DNA of 64,000 nucleotides from Camelus ferus (GCF_009834535.1 NC_045696.1:119166001-119230000), one strand, 5' to 3'; counted from the stretch's first letter, positions 24,590 to 37,451 are shown. The notes: generated by a model not told the origin, from the sequence alone. Program-made: numbers and translations.

Positions 24590-25452
24590 GCTAGCGCGGT
24601 TAAAAACTCAAGTAGCTACCTTAATTTCAGACAAAGCAAGCTTCAGATCAAGGAAAATTACCAGGGATGAAGAGGGACATTGCATAAGGAAAAATGAGTC
24701 AATTCTCCAAGAAGACACAACAATCTTCAGTATTTATACACTTAACAACAGGAGGCCAAAACTGACAGATCTGCAAGAAGAAATAGATGAATCCACTATC
24801 ATAGTTGGAGACTTCAGTGTTGCTCTACTGGTAATTGGTAGATCCAATCGGGTGAAAATCTGTGAAGACAGAAGAGCTGAACAGCATCCTCAGTCCCCTG
24901 GCTGTAACTGACATCTGCAGACTGCTTCATCCAACAGCAGCAGAACACACTACTTTTAACTCCCATGGAACATTTACCAAGATAGACCACATTCTGGGCC
25001 CTAAGACATAGCTTAACAAATTTAAAAGAACTGAGATCACATAAACTGTATTCTCAGACCAGAATGGAATTAAAGTAGATCTATTTCTAGGAGATAATTG
25101 GAAAATTCCAGAACATTTGAAGATGGAGCAGTGCACTTCTAAACAACACGAGATGAAGAAGAAATCTCAAGAGGAGTTGAAAAATATTTTGAACTAAGTG
25201 AAAATAAAAATATAACTTATCAAAACTTGTGTGATGCAGAAAAGCAGTATTTAGAAATTTATGTCATTGAACCCATGTATTAGAAAAGAAAACCAATCCA
25301 AAATCAGTAGTTTGAACTTCCACCTTAGGAAACTAGAGAAAGAAGAGCTATATAACCTAAAGCAAGCAGAAGAAAATAAATAATGAAAGTGGGAGCACAA
25401 ATCAATGAAATTAAAGACAAGAAAACAATAAAGACAATCAATGAAACCAAAA
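24590..25452 (+). mobile_element. L1 ORF2 endonuclease-domain remnant
   Basis: ORF 24588-24911 VATLISDK..RDEEGH..SILQEDTTI..TIIVGDFS is the L1 APE endonuclease; downstream accaagatagaccacattctgggcc; frames broken. Confidence 0.92.
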
Positions 25453-25554
25453 AAATTATAATTTTTTATTATAATTATTTTTATTTAATCATTTATTTTA
25501 TTTTTAAATTTTATTTATTTAATTAAATTTATTTATTTTTTGTTACTTAAAAAT

Positions 25555-25903
25555 ATTTTTATTATTGAGGCACAGTTGATTTACAAAGCTATGTAAGTTT
25601 CAGCTGTACAACATAGTGATTCACAATTTTTAAAAGTTATACTCTATTTATAGTTATTATAAAATATGGGCTGTATTCCCCATGTTGTACAGTATATCCT
25701 TATACCTCACTTTATACCCAATTGTTTGTGCCTCTCAATCCTCTCCCTTTCCCTCTCCCCAGTGGTAACCACTAGTTTGTTCTCCATATCTATGAGTCTG
25801 CTTCTTTTTTGTTATAGTCACTAATTTGTTCTATTTTCTAGATTCCACATATAAGTGATAACATGCAGTATTTGCCTTTCTCTCGCTGACTTCTTTCACT
25901 GAG
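25555..25903 (-). mobile_element. L1 3' end
   Basis: Same antisense 3' UTR as 2611-3103; AT-rich tail at 25460-25560. Confidence 0.88.
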
Positions 25904-25982
25904 TGGGATACAAGACTCTAAGTTTCTTGAGGGCAGGCTCTAACTCCTGCCCTACGTGTGATCAGTGGTCAAGAAGGTGATG

Positions 25983-26993
25983 CCATGAACAGAACAAAAA
26001 GACAACCTACAGACTGGAAGAAAATATTTGCAAATGATGCAACCGACAAGGGCTTAATTTCCAGAATATATAAACAGCTCATACAACCTAATAACAAAAA
26101 AACAAGCAACACAATCAAAAAATGGGTAAAAGACCTGAACAGACATTTCTCCAATGAAGACATAAAGATGGCCAATAGGCACATGAAAAAATGCTCAGTA
26201 TTGCTAATTGTCAGAGAAATGCAAGTCAGCACTACAGTGAGGTATCACCTCACACCTGTCAGAATGGCCATCATTCAGAAGGTTATAAATAATAAATGCT
26301 GGAGAGGGTGTGGAGAACTGGGACACTTGGCGGGAATGTCATTTGGTGCAGCCTTTATGGAAAACAATATGGAGATTCCTCAGAAAACTAAAAATAGACT
26401 TGCCCTATGATCCAGCAATCCCACTCTGGGCATATATCCATAGGGAACTCTAATTCAAAAAGATTCATGCACCCCAGTGTTCATAGTAGCACTATATACA
26501 ATAGGCAAGACATGGAAGCTACCTAAATATCCATTGACAGATGACTGGATAAAGAACCTGTGGGATACTACTCAGCCATAAAAAAGAATAAAATAATGCC
26601 ATTTGCAGCAACATGGATGGACCTAGAGATTATCATACTAAGTGAAGTCAGGCAGAGAAAGAAAAATACCATAAGATATCACTTATATGTGGAATCTAAA
26701 AAAAAGACAAATGTACTTACTTACAGAACAGAAACAGACTCACAAACCTAGAAAAAAACTTAAGATTATCAAAGGGAAAAGTGGAGGTAGGGGAGTTTGG
26801 GATTCGCAGATACAAGCTACTGTATATAAAATAGGTAAACAGCGAGGTCCTACTGTACAACACAGGGAACTATATTCAATGTCTTGTAATAACTATAATG
26901 AGAAAGAATATAAATGTATAACTGAATCACTATGCTGCACAGCAGATACTAACACAACATTGTAAATCAACTTACGCTTCAATTCAGAAAAAG
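25983..26993 (+). mobile_element. 5'-truncated L1 (ORF2 C-terminus plus 3' UTR)
   Basis: [44 protein letters not shown] and YYSAIKKNKIMPFAATWMDLEIIILSEV; intact 3' UTR. Confidence 0.95.
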
Positions 26994-28174
26994 GTGAAGC
27001 AATGAATGAATGGATTTTTTTATGTCATTCGTTTTATATAATGTCCTGAAACTGGAAAAAACCTTCTTTTCCTTACACTGACAGATCTTTTTTAGATCTG
27101 CAGTTCATTTTTCTTCCTACTACTCCTTGTAAAAAAAAAAGTCGTTCTGATCATTATGCTTGAACCTGGCGTTGCCTTGAGGTACCCATCTTCAAATTCC
27201 TTCCCGTCTCCCAGAGATAGGGAATTTGTTCCTGTCAACTGACATTTAGTGATTTTTTTTTCTCTCATTGGACAAGTGCCTAGTAATCCAAGTTTAGTGT
27301 TTGTCACTATTTCTTTCTGATTATTTCTCCATGAAGCAAAAATAGCCCTATTGATGGACTGCACATTCTGTCTCCTCTCTTTCTATAACTCAAGTTCAAA
27401 CTGTGCCTCATGCCCTGGGAAAAAGATGTTTCAACTCGTGGTCTTTGAAGCTATCTGAGGGATTAATGAGTTGATGTGAGATCTGTTACATGTTTATTAT
27501 TTAAAAGAAGCGTGCGTGATAGTTTTTATTAACATGTTTATTGTTTAAAAGTATAGTTTATAATCCTTTTTTTTTTTTTCCCAACGGGCATTGGCTTTTT
27601 ACTGGCCTGATTTCAGATCTGCCCGTGAGACCAGATCGGGTATTCAGTTCAGTGCTTGGCATTACATCAGAATTGTTTGAGGATGAACCCTTTGGCCTGC
27701 GACGATTTGAAAGGTTTAAAGCACCCATCAGCGTTCCAGGCTTTGGTCGCAAACACATTGTTTTTATGGCTTAGAAAACGTTGTGTCCAGCGCCTGTGAG
27801 AGCAGACAGGGGCTGTGTTGATGTCCCTGCTGTGGTCGAGGGGAGCGAAGCGTGGAGGCGGAGAGTCTGCCAAGTTTTTACAGGGGTTGAAATACCAGGG
27901 TCGGGTGTATGGGTCATTATTCTGGTTATGATGCAATTAGATAATCTGTTTGCTCTTACCCCTTGCCTGGCACCTAGCCTTCTGTGACTCACGCTGGAGT
28001 GTGGTGTATGGAACCCAGAGGGCAAGGACTCGTGGCCAAGAGGTCAAATTCAATCCCAAAGATGTTGGCCTACATAATAGCAATAAACATCGTTTGGAGC
28101 CACAGTTTGACAGTGGTGGCCAACATGAAAACATGGGGTGATGACTTCTTTTAAAAGAAATTAGAAGATCAGCC

Positions 28175-28528
28175 ACATGGATGGACCTGGAGATTGTCGT
28201 TTAAAGTGAAGTAAGCCAGAAAGGGAAAGAAAAATACCATATGATATTATTTATACGTGGAGTTTTTTTTAAAAAGACACAAATGAACTTATTTACAAAA
28301 CATAAACAGACTAACAGACATAGAGAACAAACTTATGGTTACCGGGGTAACAGGAGTGGGAAGAGATAAACTGGGAATTCGAAAATTGCACCTCTTAGGG
28401 AGTGATGGAAATGTTACCTATCTTGATTGTGGTGGTGGTTTCATGGGTGTACATATCTGTCAGAATTCATCAAATCGTACATCTGAAATACGTGTGGCTT
28501 CCTGCACAGGAATCATGCCATTATAAAA
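28175..28528 (+). mobile_element. L1 3' fragment (28175-28390) fused to an older L1MC/ME-type 3' end (28391-28528)
   Basis: acatggatggacctggagatt..aacttatggttacc, then gtgatggaaatgtt..tatcttgattgtggtggtggtttcatgggtgtaca. Confidence 0.8.
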
Positions 28529-28531
28529 GGT

Positions 28532-28676
28532 GGAAAGGAAGGAAGGAAGGAAGGAAGGAAGGAAGGAAGGGAGGGAGGGAGGGAGGGAGGGAGGGAAGGA
28601 AGGAAGGAAGGAAGGAAGGAAAGGAAGGAAGGAAGGAAGGAAGGAAGGAAGGAGAGAAAGAAAGAGAGAGAGAGAG
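28532..28676 (+). repeat. Polypurine (GGAA)n/(GGGA)n/(GA)n compound microsatellite
   Basis: 145 nt containing only G and A. Confidence 0.97.
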
Positions 28677-29782
28677 CTGGCAGCCCTGGCCTGGAATTCC
28701 TAGTATTGGCTGCCATTAGAAACCGCCCAGCTCACCCCAGCATCTCCCTGCTACGGTGGTGACTCGGTCTGGCCACGTGAGTTCACTCCTGCCCTGGGAC
28801 TGGTCTCCTGGTGGTCCAGTTTCTCTGCAGCCACGTGGCTCTCAGAGATAGGAGCGGGAGAAAAATAGGAGAGAGCACATTTCTTGGCAGACAGAGAGAC
28901 CATTCCTGTAGCTTTTATATGAGAACAAAGTATCTAGATCCTGTATTTTGGTCAAAAAAAAAAAAATCCTCTTTCACTCAGTGTTTGGGGACCTTGGAAT
29001 TTGCATCCCTGGGTTTGACCTTCGGACCCTCCGGCTGCCTGGTCAGTGACCACACAGCCCTTGGCAGACGTGATAGGTGTGACGTGAGTGAGTTTGTGCA
29101 CAGTTTTTTAATGACAGTTGATGTTTGTGTCTGAGTAATGAGGTCAGCGTGGCACAGAATTGGTGGTCTTTTATCATGGTCTTAAACAACTCTGACAGCT
29201 GGGGTTAGATGTGTTGGCCCCTAAGGGGCTTCAGCACATGGGCTCTTTGCTGTGCACATTTACGGTTAGCAAAGACTTGTGCACAAATGCTCAGGGTCTG
29301 AATCTGCCTTTATGTGTTTGTTTGACAAGCATTGATCTGAATTTTCCTATGTATTCACTTTCCTTTGTGGCCCAAGTCCCATTTGTAAGGTGCCAAAGGA
29401 CTGAGGACAGCGGTTCAGGATGCTGAGAAAGTTGTGGAAATGGAGAGTGGTGACATGCTGAATGTATTTAACGACACTGAATGTGCACGCAGAAATGGCT
29501 AACATGGTCATATTATATGATGTGTATTTTGCTACTGTAACATATAAGAAGAGTGAGGAGAGCAGGGAGTGGGAAGGATTTTTGAGTTTTTCTAACCAAC
29601 AAGAAGCACAGATTAAGTTCTCCAGTCTTACACTTCCTTAAAATCTGGTCTTTTTTCTTGAAGATTTGTCATCTTCTGAGAGATGACAATAAGAATTTGT
29701 CTTAGTCATCCTTGGCTTTCAGGACGTTGCATCTCTGCTCAGTAGTAGCCTTTCATTTCCTCTTCCTTTTAGAAACTCTGAA

Positions 29783-29950
29783 GGAGAGGGTATAGCTCAG
29801 TGGTAGAGCACATGCTTAGCATGCATGAGTCCTGGGTTCAATCCCCAGTACCTCCATTAAAAAAAATAATAATAATAAATTAACAAATAGACCTAATGAC
29901 CTGCCCCACCCCCAAATTTTTTTTTAAGAATAAAGAAAAATTAAAAAAAA
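29783..29950 (+). mobile_element. Vic-1-like SINE, long form
   Basis: gggtatagctcagtggtagagcacatgcttagcatgcatgagtcctgggttcaatccccagtacctcca plus tail. Confidence 0.92.
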
Positions 29951-30040
29951 GAAATTCCTTTGGAATGGCTGGGAATTAACCCCTCTCAACTCTCCAATGT
30001 GTACAGGTGGGAGCCCCAGGATTTGAAATTGGTCCGAGGT

Positions 30041-30670
30041 CTTTTTATTGAAGTAGAGTTGATTTACCATGTTATGTTAGTTTCTGGTGTACAGCATAGT
30101 GATTCAATTATACATGAGCATATATGTTCCTTTTCATTTTTTTCATTGTAGGCTATTACAAGATACTGAATATAGTTCCCTGTGCTGTACAGTAGGACCT
30201 TTTCGTTTATCTAGTTTATATATTGTACTTTGTATCTGCAGATCCCGACCTCCATCCCCCCTCTTTCCCCACCTGATAACCATAAGTTTGTTTTCTATGT
30301 CTGTGAGTCTGTTTCTGTTCTGTAAATAAGTTCATTTGTCTCATTTTTTTAGATTCCACATATGAGTAATATCATATGGTATTTTTCTTTCTTTCTGTCT
30401 TACTTCACTTAGAATGACGATCTCCAGGTCCATCCATGTTGCTGCAAATGGCATTATTTTATTCTTTTTTGTGGCTGAGTAGTAGTCCAGTCGTACATAC
30501 GTACCACAACTTTTTTATCCAGTCATCTGTCAGTGGACATTTAGGCTGTTTCCATGTCTTGGGTATTATAAATAGTGCTACTGTGACCATTGGGGCACAC
30601 ATATCTTTTCAAATTGGAACTTTCATCTTTTCCAGATGTATGCACAGGAGTGGGATTGCTGGAGCATAGC
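30041..30670 (-). mobile_element. L1 3' end
   Basis: ttttattgaagtagagttgattt..ccaggtccatccatgttgctgcaaatggcatt..caggagtgggattgctgga. Confidence 0.92.
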
Positions 30671-31243
30671 TAGCTCAGAGTGTGTGCATTTAATCTCAGT
30701 GTACTAGGTATTAATTTCTAGTTAAGGGAGGCTTCTGCTGGTAGTTAATCCTGCATCTCCAGAAATGCATTCTGTGTCCCTCTTTTTTCTTACTGATTCA
30801 ATCCAGACCTTTCTGCCCTGTCTGTAAGTGGAAGCCATCTGGGCTTCAGTCCAGGGGAAGTTTGGTGCTTTCCAGTATCCTTTTCCAAGACAACACAAGG
30901 ACATGGCATTTGGGGAAACATACATGGGGTTTCCCTCCCCCTACGCAAGGGTGTCAAATGCCTGCTCAGCGGGCGATTCTCAGGAACTTGACTGACTGCA
31001 TGATACCCGCTCTCCTGTGCTGTGGTCCCTTGGGGGCCAGGCCTTGGTTCCTGTAGCCCCTTCTAGGACATGCCTGCTTCCTGATGCCAGAGTGATCCTT
31101 GCCCTCCAGGACATGAGACACTCATCACCTACTGCAGGCTGTTCTCAGGGGTCTGGCTGGATCTGGGGGCATGGTCCTGGGCCTGGCCACCCATGGGAGG
31201 CTTGATCTGTGCGTGAAGCTGCCATGTCTTCCTCCTTGGCAAC

Positions 31244-31738
31244 TGTATTGGTTTTCTGCACTCTGTAATAAATGACCACAAACGTAGTGGCTCGAGCAGC
31301 ATACCTTCATTATCTCAGTTTCTGTAGCTTTTCTGGGGTCTCTGCTTCGGGTGTCTTCAGGTGCAGCTGAGGCATTGGCTGGGGCTGCAGTCTTGTCAGA
31401 GGCTCGACTGGGGAAAGATCTGCTCCCAGGCTCCCGTCAATGGTGGGCAGAACTCACCTCCTTGGAGTCCCAGGGCTGAAACCCCAGTTTCTTGCTGGCT
31501 GCCTACACAGCCCCCTTAGTGCCTGGCAGCCGGCAAGGGCAGTGTCTCGGTCTCATCCGCCAAGATGGTGTCTCATGGTGTAACGTCAGCATGCAAGTGA
31601 CATCTGTCCCTTTGCCTCGTTCTGCGGGTTAGAAGTGAGTCGCATGTCCTGCTCCCATGCAAGGGGAGGGTTTGTACAAAGACACAGACACCAGAAGGGG
31701 GAGGTCACAAGGGGTCCCCTCAGGGCACGTCCATCACA
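31244..31738 (-). mobile_element. MaLR MLT1 (E/F-like) solo LTR
   Basis: TG..CA ends, 5-bp TSD gcaac/gcagc; aaatgaccacaaacgtagtggct..ggctggggctgcagtc..tggggaaagatctgctccca. Confidence 0.82.
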
Positions 31739-32342
31739 GCAGCCGTGTCTACTAGCCTCCCCCTGCCCTTGCTGAGGAGCCCAGAAACTCCTTCTGGCAG
31801 CCCAGCAGGCAAGCTGCAAGCTTGTGTGGATTTGACGCTGTTGTTCACAGGGCTCGGGGCAGGGAGGAGGATCTCTGTGGGACTGTCCGCCCACCCAGCC
31901 CTGGCCCCGCACCCTCACAGACGCGGGCTTGAGGGCTTGGGCCGCCAGCACCCGTCCTCAGAGCGTTCAGGGGTCCTTGCCACCTCGCGCCCATCAGCCA
32001 CTGTTCCGAGTTCCAGCCCTTTCACTTTGAGCTCTGGAGGTAACTCCTAAAGGCAAGGGAGGACCTGAGTTGCTTACTTATCGCCCAGTATGTATGGAGC
32101 CCAAAGGCCGAGATGTGAGTTTTCATGTTTCATCTAGAAAATTTGTAATAATGCCCATTTTTATCACTCTTCTGTGCTCCTTTCAGTTCAGATGTAACCG
32201 AGTTAATTATCTGAGAAATGAACCAGAGCTGCCCTCCTTAGAATACTCCTTGTTCCAGAACCAGCACTGATGGTTATTAGATCCAGTGCTAACGACTGCC
32301 CTTCGTGTGTGTGGGCTGTGAGTTGCTTAAAGACAGGCTGGT

Positions 32343-32448
32343 CCCTATGAAAACGAATATATGTGTGTATACGCATCACTGGGACGTGGTTCTGTGTGCC
32401 AGAAATTGACACATTGTAACTGATGGTCTTTCAATTAAAAAAAAAAAT
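32343..32448 (+). mobile_element. Very short L1 3' terminus
   Basis: ccagaaattgacacattgtaactga..tcaatt plus A tail; TSD-like aagacag. Confidence 0.85.
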
Positions 32449-32520
32449 AAGACAGCTCTGTCTTCTCTCCATTCATTCTGTGGCTGTTTTACAGAGTGGA
32501 CACAGTGTTGACTTACTTTA

Positions 32521-32650
32521 TTTTTTTTGATTAATTTTTAAATTGAAGTACAGTCAGTTACAATGTGTCAATTTCTGGTGTACAGCAATATGTCTCAGTC
32601 ATGCAGATACATACATATATTCATTTTCATATTTCTTTTCCATTAAAGAT
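32521..32650 (-). mobile_element. Very short L1 3' terminus
   Basis: Reverse complement of the same terminus; TSD ttgactta(c/t)ttta. Confidence 0.87.
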
Positions 32651-33119
32651 TTGACTTATTTTAAATGATGACCGTTTTTCAGCTGAATCATTTAAAATGG
32701 CAGTGGGTATTTTTCAGTAACCTTGTAGCAGCTGAGGTTTGTCCCCACATGACAGCAGCTGGGATTTCGTGTTCTAGAACTTCCCTCCTCCTATCCTGCC
32801 TTCATTGTCTGAGACCCCACATAATGCATATGACAGTAGCTTGGCTAAGTCTCCTCTTTCAAAAGTCTGGAATCTTCTGCTTTTGTTCCTCTTGATATGT
32901 CTTTTATGTAGGGCGGGGTGGGAGTAAGAACGTGGGGAAAAAATGAGAACGTGAGTTCAGTCTCTGATGGGGTTTCAAGGCCAGAAGGCTGGGGTTCAGA
33001 ACTGGTTGATTCTTTCGGAATTCACTGTTACCGTTTGGCCAGTTTGGAATCTGTTTGTTCTTTTACATTTTTTTCCAGTGATTGCTGTGAGATATTTTAC
33101 ATTTTAAGAGTATGTGCCT

Positions 33120-33296
33120 CTCAATTTCTTGTAATGAGCTGAAATGGAAAAGAATCTGAAAAATATATATATACACACATACGTGTATATATGTGTAACT
33201 GAATTGCTTTGCTGTACACCTGAAACTAACATTGTAAATCGACTGCACTTCAATAAAAAATTAGAATTTTTTAAATGTTCTAAAAATTAAGAAAAA
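33120..33296 (+). mobile_element. Short L1 3' terminus
   Basis: aatggaaaagaatctgaaaa..ctttgctgtacacctgaaactaacattgtaaatcgact..caataaaaa. Confidence 0.85.
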
Positions 33297-34056
33297 AGAG
33301 TGGATGCTTCAGTCCCTACCCCTGAAAGGATATGTTAGAGGAAAAAAATAAAATCTAAAAATCTAAATAAGATATTAGCATTTCCTTACCCAGCCACAGT
33401 CGCACACCTGGGGAAACCCAAATCCTCTTTCATTTTTCCACTTTTGAATTTCATGTGACTCATACCCAGATGGTTAATGGCAGCCTAAATTGCTTTTAAT
33501 GATATATAAGACTCCTGGAAATTCGTTTTTAAAGTATTATAGCAAACGTGCGTTCAGAAATGGTTTATTTGGTGGGATGCACGTGTCTCAGGAGTTCAGT
33601 GTGAAGCTGCCCACTCTGAGAATTTCCTGGCTACACCTGTGCTCATGGCGGGGCTGCCGGGGCCCCTCCTTGGCAGAGATCCTTCTAACTGGGCTGGGCT
33701 TGTGGGGGGCCCTGGTCTGCCTTGGGCAGTGGAGAGTCACTGTGCACGTGGTGTGAGCCTAGAGAGCTGAGCCGGGGTCTCTAAGTCCCCCTCCCCATGA
33801 GGATAGGGCTGGGCCTGAGACCCCTCGCTGCTGTCCACTTCCTGTTGTCTGGCGTCCTCCCTCCTCCCGAGCCAACAAATCACCTTGAATGTCTGACAAC
33901 TGTGTGGCTTCCAGGAGTCCATCAGCCCACGTAGTGTTGTCCAGAAGACCCCCAAAGGAGTGGCATGCAGTGGTGGGCTTTCCTTCTGGTGACCACTTGC
34001 TGCTGGTTGTCCTGAGAGCCCCCAGCCTTGTGTCACGTGCGTGCGTGTCTCTATGG

Positions 34057-34124
34057 TGGGGATGGGGGTGGGAGGGGGGATGGGGATGGGGGTGGGAGGG
34101 GGGATGGGGGTGGGGGGGTGGGGG
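34057..34124 (+). repeat. G-rich 24-nt tandem repeat with G-quadruplex potential
   Basis: tggggatgggggtgggagggggga x2 exact (34057-34104), plus further G runs. Confidence 0.9.
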
Positions 34125-35133
34125 AGCAGCCCCACCACCCGGCCGGGAGGGGCAGGGCATACTGGACGCCTTTGCCTCTACTGAAAGTTGGAAGGGGTTT
34201 GCCCCAAACAGCCCTTGCCATCCGCTCTTTCCCCGAATTTCTGCTTCGGTTGCCTTGTATTCTTTCTTTCTTGCCTCTTTAGTTTTGATAGATTTTGCCA
34301 GATTGCTCTCTCTAGGGGTTGAACCCTTTAAAAGTCTTTTAAAAATTAATTTTTCATTTTCTAAGTGATCTATGAATGAGTTCTCTTCAGAAAAGTTGAA
34401 AAAGTTGGAGATACCGCTAAAATCACTTTTGATCACCACCACCATCCCGCCCGTTGCCACCCAGACCCTCTCGTGCCCCCAGAGGTCACCACTATTATAG
34501 GTTTGCTGTGTGTGTTACTGGTTCTTTTTCTAAGCCCTTGCAGATGTAAACCAATGGGAAATACACATCACTGGAATGTGTGTGTGTGTGTGTACTTATT
34601 TTATTGGTATTCATTAGCACATAAAATTTTATTGTTGATTTTGGATGCATTACAACACACTGTTTTGGTCCCAGTTGCACAATGTTGATCGTTTATTGAC
34701 TATATTAAACACCACAGCCTCCAAATTGCTGAGTTTTACACTGGTATTTCCTTTGGGATGGTGGGCGACTCCTCTCTCTGTACACGTAAAATGGTCCCTA
34801 CAGTCCATGGTTTTCATATTCCTTTATTCCAGTTTTTTATCCCAATATTCCATGTTGTACTAAACCCATCATTCTATAATGTGTTTTCCTTGATGAAATG
34901 TCTTGGGAATCTTTCTGGGATGTAAATCCATCTTCCATATATTTCAGTTGTCTATCTTAAGTTGTATAATGCATATTATTTCAGTTGCTCACCCTAGGTT
35001 AGTTATTCAGGAGTGCCCTTTTGGCAGTTAGTTTCAGGAAAGAATTTGGGATTTCATGAAACATCCAGTGATTCTTTTTTTATATATATATATATTGTGC
35101 AGAATCTTAGTTTGTGTGTGTGTCTCTTTTCAG

Positions 35134-35242
35134 ATCTCAGAAGGCTGACCTTCATGGTGAAGGCTACGTCTTGGAATTAGATTGCTGTTCTTCCCTAGCC
35201 CACCTGACAGACCAAAAAGTCATCCCAGAGTTCGTCAAGAAG
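35134..35242 (+). CDS. RFTN1: Raftlin (RFTN1) internal coding exon, equivalent to human exon 4, 109 nt
   Basis: tctcttttcag acceptor and aag|gtgagt donor; phase 2 completes the AG|A Arg codon from the previous exon; encodes (R)SQKADLHGEGYVLELDCCSSLAHLTDQKVIPEFVKK versus recalled human SQKTDLHNEGYILELDCCSSLDHPTDQKLIPEFIKK. Confidence 0.97.
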
Positions 35243-36242
35243 GTGAGTGTTGCAGTCAGGATACAACTGATCGGGTTGGCAGAGCCCCTGCCTGAGTGAA
35301 CGGGCCCGGGGCTGGCTGAGGGCAGGTGGGCTGCACCCCGCAGGCCTGCTCAGACCTGGGACTTTGGGTGACCCCACGGGGGCAGTCCCCTCCCACTCAG
35401 GCTGGCCTTGACCCTGGAACAAGGTGGTTCCCTCTTCCTCCCAGGATGGTGGCCTCTATCTTTCGGGGCCAGAGTGGCGTTAACAGCTGACAGGCCTGTG
35501 GGCCCGCTGCCGGGACCCCGCCTCAAATCCTTGAGATTGTGTGAGCTCCCACATCCCATCTCCTGCTCACCCTGCTCACTGCCCTGAGCCCCCTTCCTTT
35601 CCTGGCGTGGGAGCATGGCCATGGTCCTATGACCACTGGCCTGCGATCTTACCAGGGAAGATTGCCTATTTGAAGGGGATTCATTTTCTGCCCAGAAATG
35701 TGTCTGGTTTTGAAATTTTCTTTGTGCCCTACGAGGGTTCCTGCTAAGTGCAGGGTGCACTCCATTTCAGTACGCTGACACTTACCGCAGAAGGAATGCG
35801 CTTGCCCAAACTGGGGCTGTGTACATCGCTTAATGCCTCCCTGGTCGTCCCCTCCCCAGTCTGCCAAGGTAGCTGGCAATTCCCCAGCCTAGAGGGGTGA
35901 TCATGGTTTGTTAGAGAACCAGTCAATCAGTTAATATACTGTTGGCTGTCATTGTCGGCCTGGAAATAGTACTCTGTGCCAGGGGACAGAGAATAAGATA
36001 GCCGGGGTCCCCACCCTTGTGTCCTCAAAACCAGGAGTCTCTCCTCCTGGACGAGTGTGGCAAGCAGGAGTGGGAGGGAAGCTGCCCACAGACGTGGCGT
36101 GGCTGGGCATCAAGGAGGTGGCTGGGCTGAGCCAGCGGGATGAGGCCTCAGGGGGCTGCAGAGGGCGAATGGGAGCTCCTCCCAGCAGAGGGAGCAGCTG
36201 GTCTGAGGGCCTGAGCAGGAGGGTGTGGGGGGCTCAACAGAT

Positions 36243-36528
36243 CACAGAGATTCACAGACATGGAGCACACACTTATGGTTACCGAGGCGATAAATTGAGA
36301 GTTTGAGATTTGCAGATACACACTACTATCTATAAAACAGATAAACAACAAGGTCCTACTGTACAGCACAGGGAACTCTATTCAATAGCTTATAGTAACC
36401 TATAATGGAAAAGAACTGGAAAAAAATGTATATGTATACATACATGTACAACCGAATCACTACACTGTGCACCAGGAAGTAACACAGCATTGTAGATCGA
36501 CTATATGTCAACAAAACAAAATGAAAAG
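36243..36528 (+). mobile_element. L1 3' end
   Basis: cacagacat..acttatggttacc..aacaacaaggtcctactgtacagcacagggaact. Confidence 0.88.
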
Positions 36529-37447
36529 AAGATCAGAGCAGCTTTGGCAAGAAAGGCAACGTGAGAGGTGGGAGAAAAGGCCAGGACTCAGCTGTGAAAC
36601 GTGGAGAGAAGCTTTGCACAAGAGTGGAAGCATTGGGTGGCCCCTTGAAACAGCCAGTGATTTATTTTTTGGAGGGGTGGGGGGAGATTCACCCCCTGCT
36701 TCTCTCCCCTCAGCATCTGTGGAGTGTTCAGACTCTCCACGCCCCGGGAATAACCACTCAGGTCTGGTGGGGGCCCAGACCTGTCGACCAGGATCAGATG
36801 GCCTCTTTGGTGAAAATTTTGGGTGGTTTTCCTAGGACGAGGGAGACTTTCTTCTCCGGTAGAATTCAGATCGTTACTTAAGTAAAGGTGGGGAAGCAGT
36901 TTCTGTTCATACGTGTGTAAACCGGAGACGGGTGTTTCTGTAACTCGGGGAGATGTTGGTAGAAATAGGGCCATCTTCTTTGGATTGCTGCCAATAAAAT
37001 GTTCCCATGAACTTGAGTAGGGACTTTCTAGAGGTGGGGTTTACCCCCATGATCTGAGCACTGGGGAATATTTGTTTTAGAAATGGTTTTGTCATGAAGA
37101 TTCAGAGGCTTGGAATAGTTGAGGGGTGAGTTGGCAAGTTGAGGGCATGAGGCTCTGGCCATACAGCAAACAGGCGCTTGAAAAAAAAAAAAATGGGATT
37201 TGATGTTTTTGTCTTAACCAAACCAGATCATTGTGAGACTGACCCATGGCCTTGTGCCCAGATCGGGTTGTAAGCAGCCTGTTAAGTGGACACTCAGCTG
37301 CTGCGTGTGTCCAGTGCCTAAAGGTGCAGGTGGGTGTCCATCCAACAGCGGACGTAACCTCAGAGTTACGGTCTGTGTGCTCTGAAGGCCAGTGGCCAGT
37401 GTTGTATTAACTTCTACTTTTATTCCACTGTTCTTTCCCCCGCACTG

Positions 37448-37451
<4 letters not shown>

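Noticed and set aside
25450..25467. 18-bp perfect palindrome aaaaaattataatttttt
   Set aside because: Low-complexity junction of an A-rich L1 end and an opposing T-rich tail
24588..26993. Functional L1 or a domesticated ORF2 gene
   Set aside because: Separate, truncated, frameshifted fragments in mixed orientation; no intact RT domain
29783..29856. tRNA-Ala(AGC) gene, and likewise the other SINE heads
   Set aside because: Extra 5' bases, stem mismatches or deletions, A-rich tails and TSDs mark these as SINEs, not tRNA genes
33737..34460. 233-aa, 159-aa and 133-aa ORFs with PH/PT/WG repeats
   Set aside because: Low-complexity translations of the G-rich tandem plus decayed L1; no coding signal
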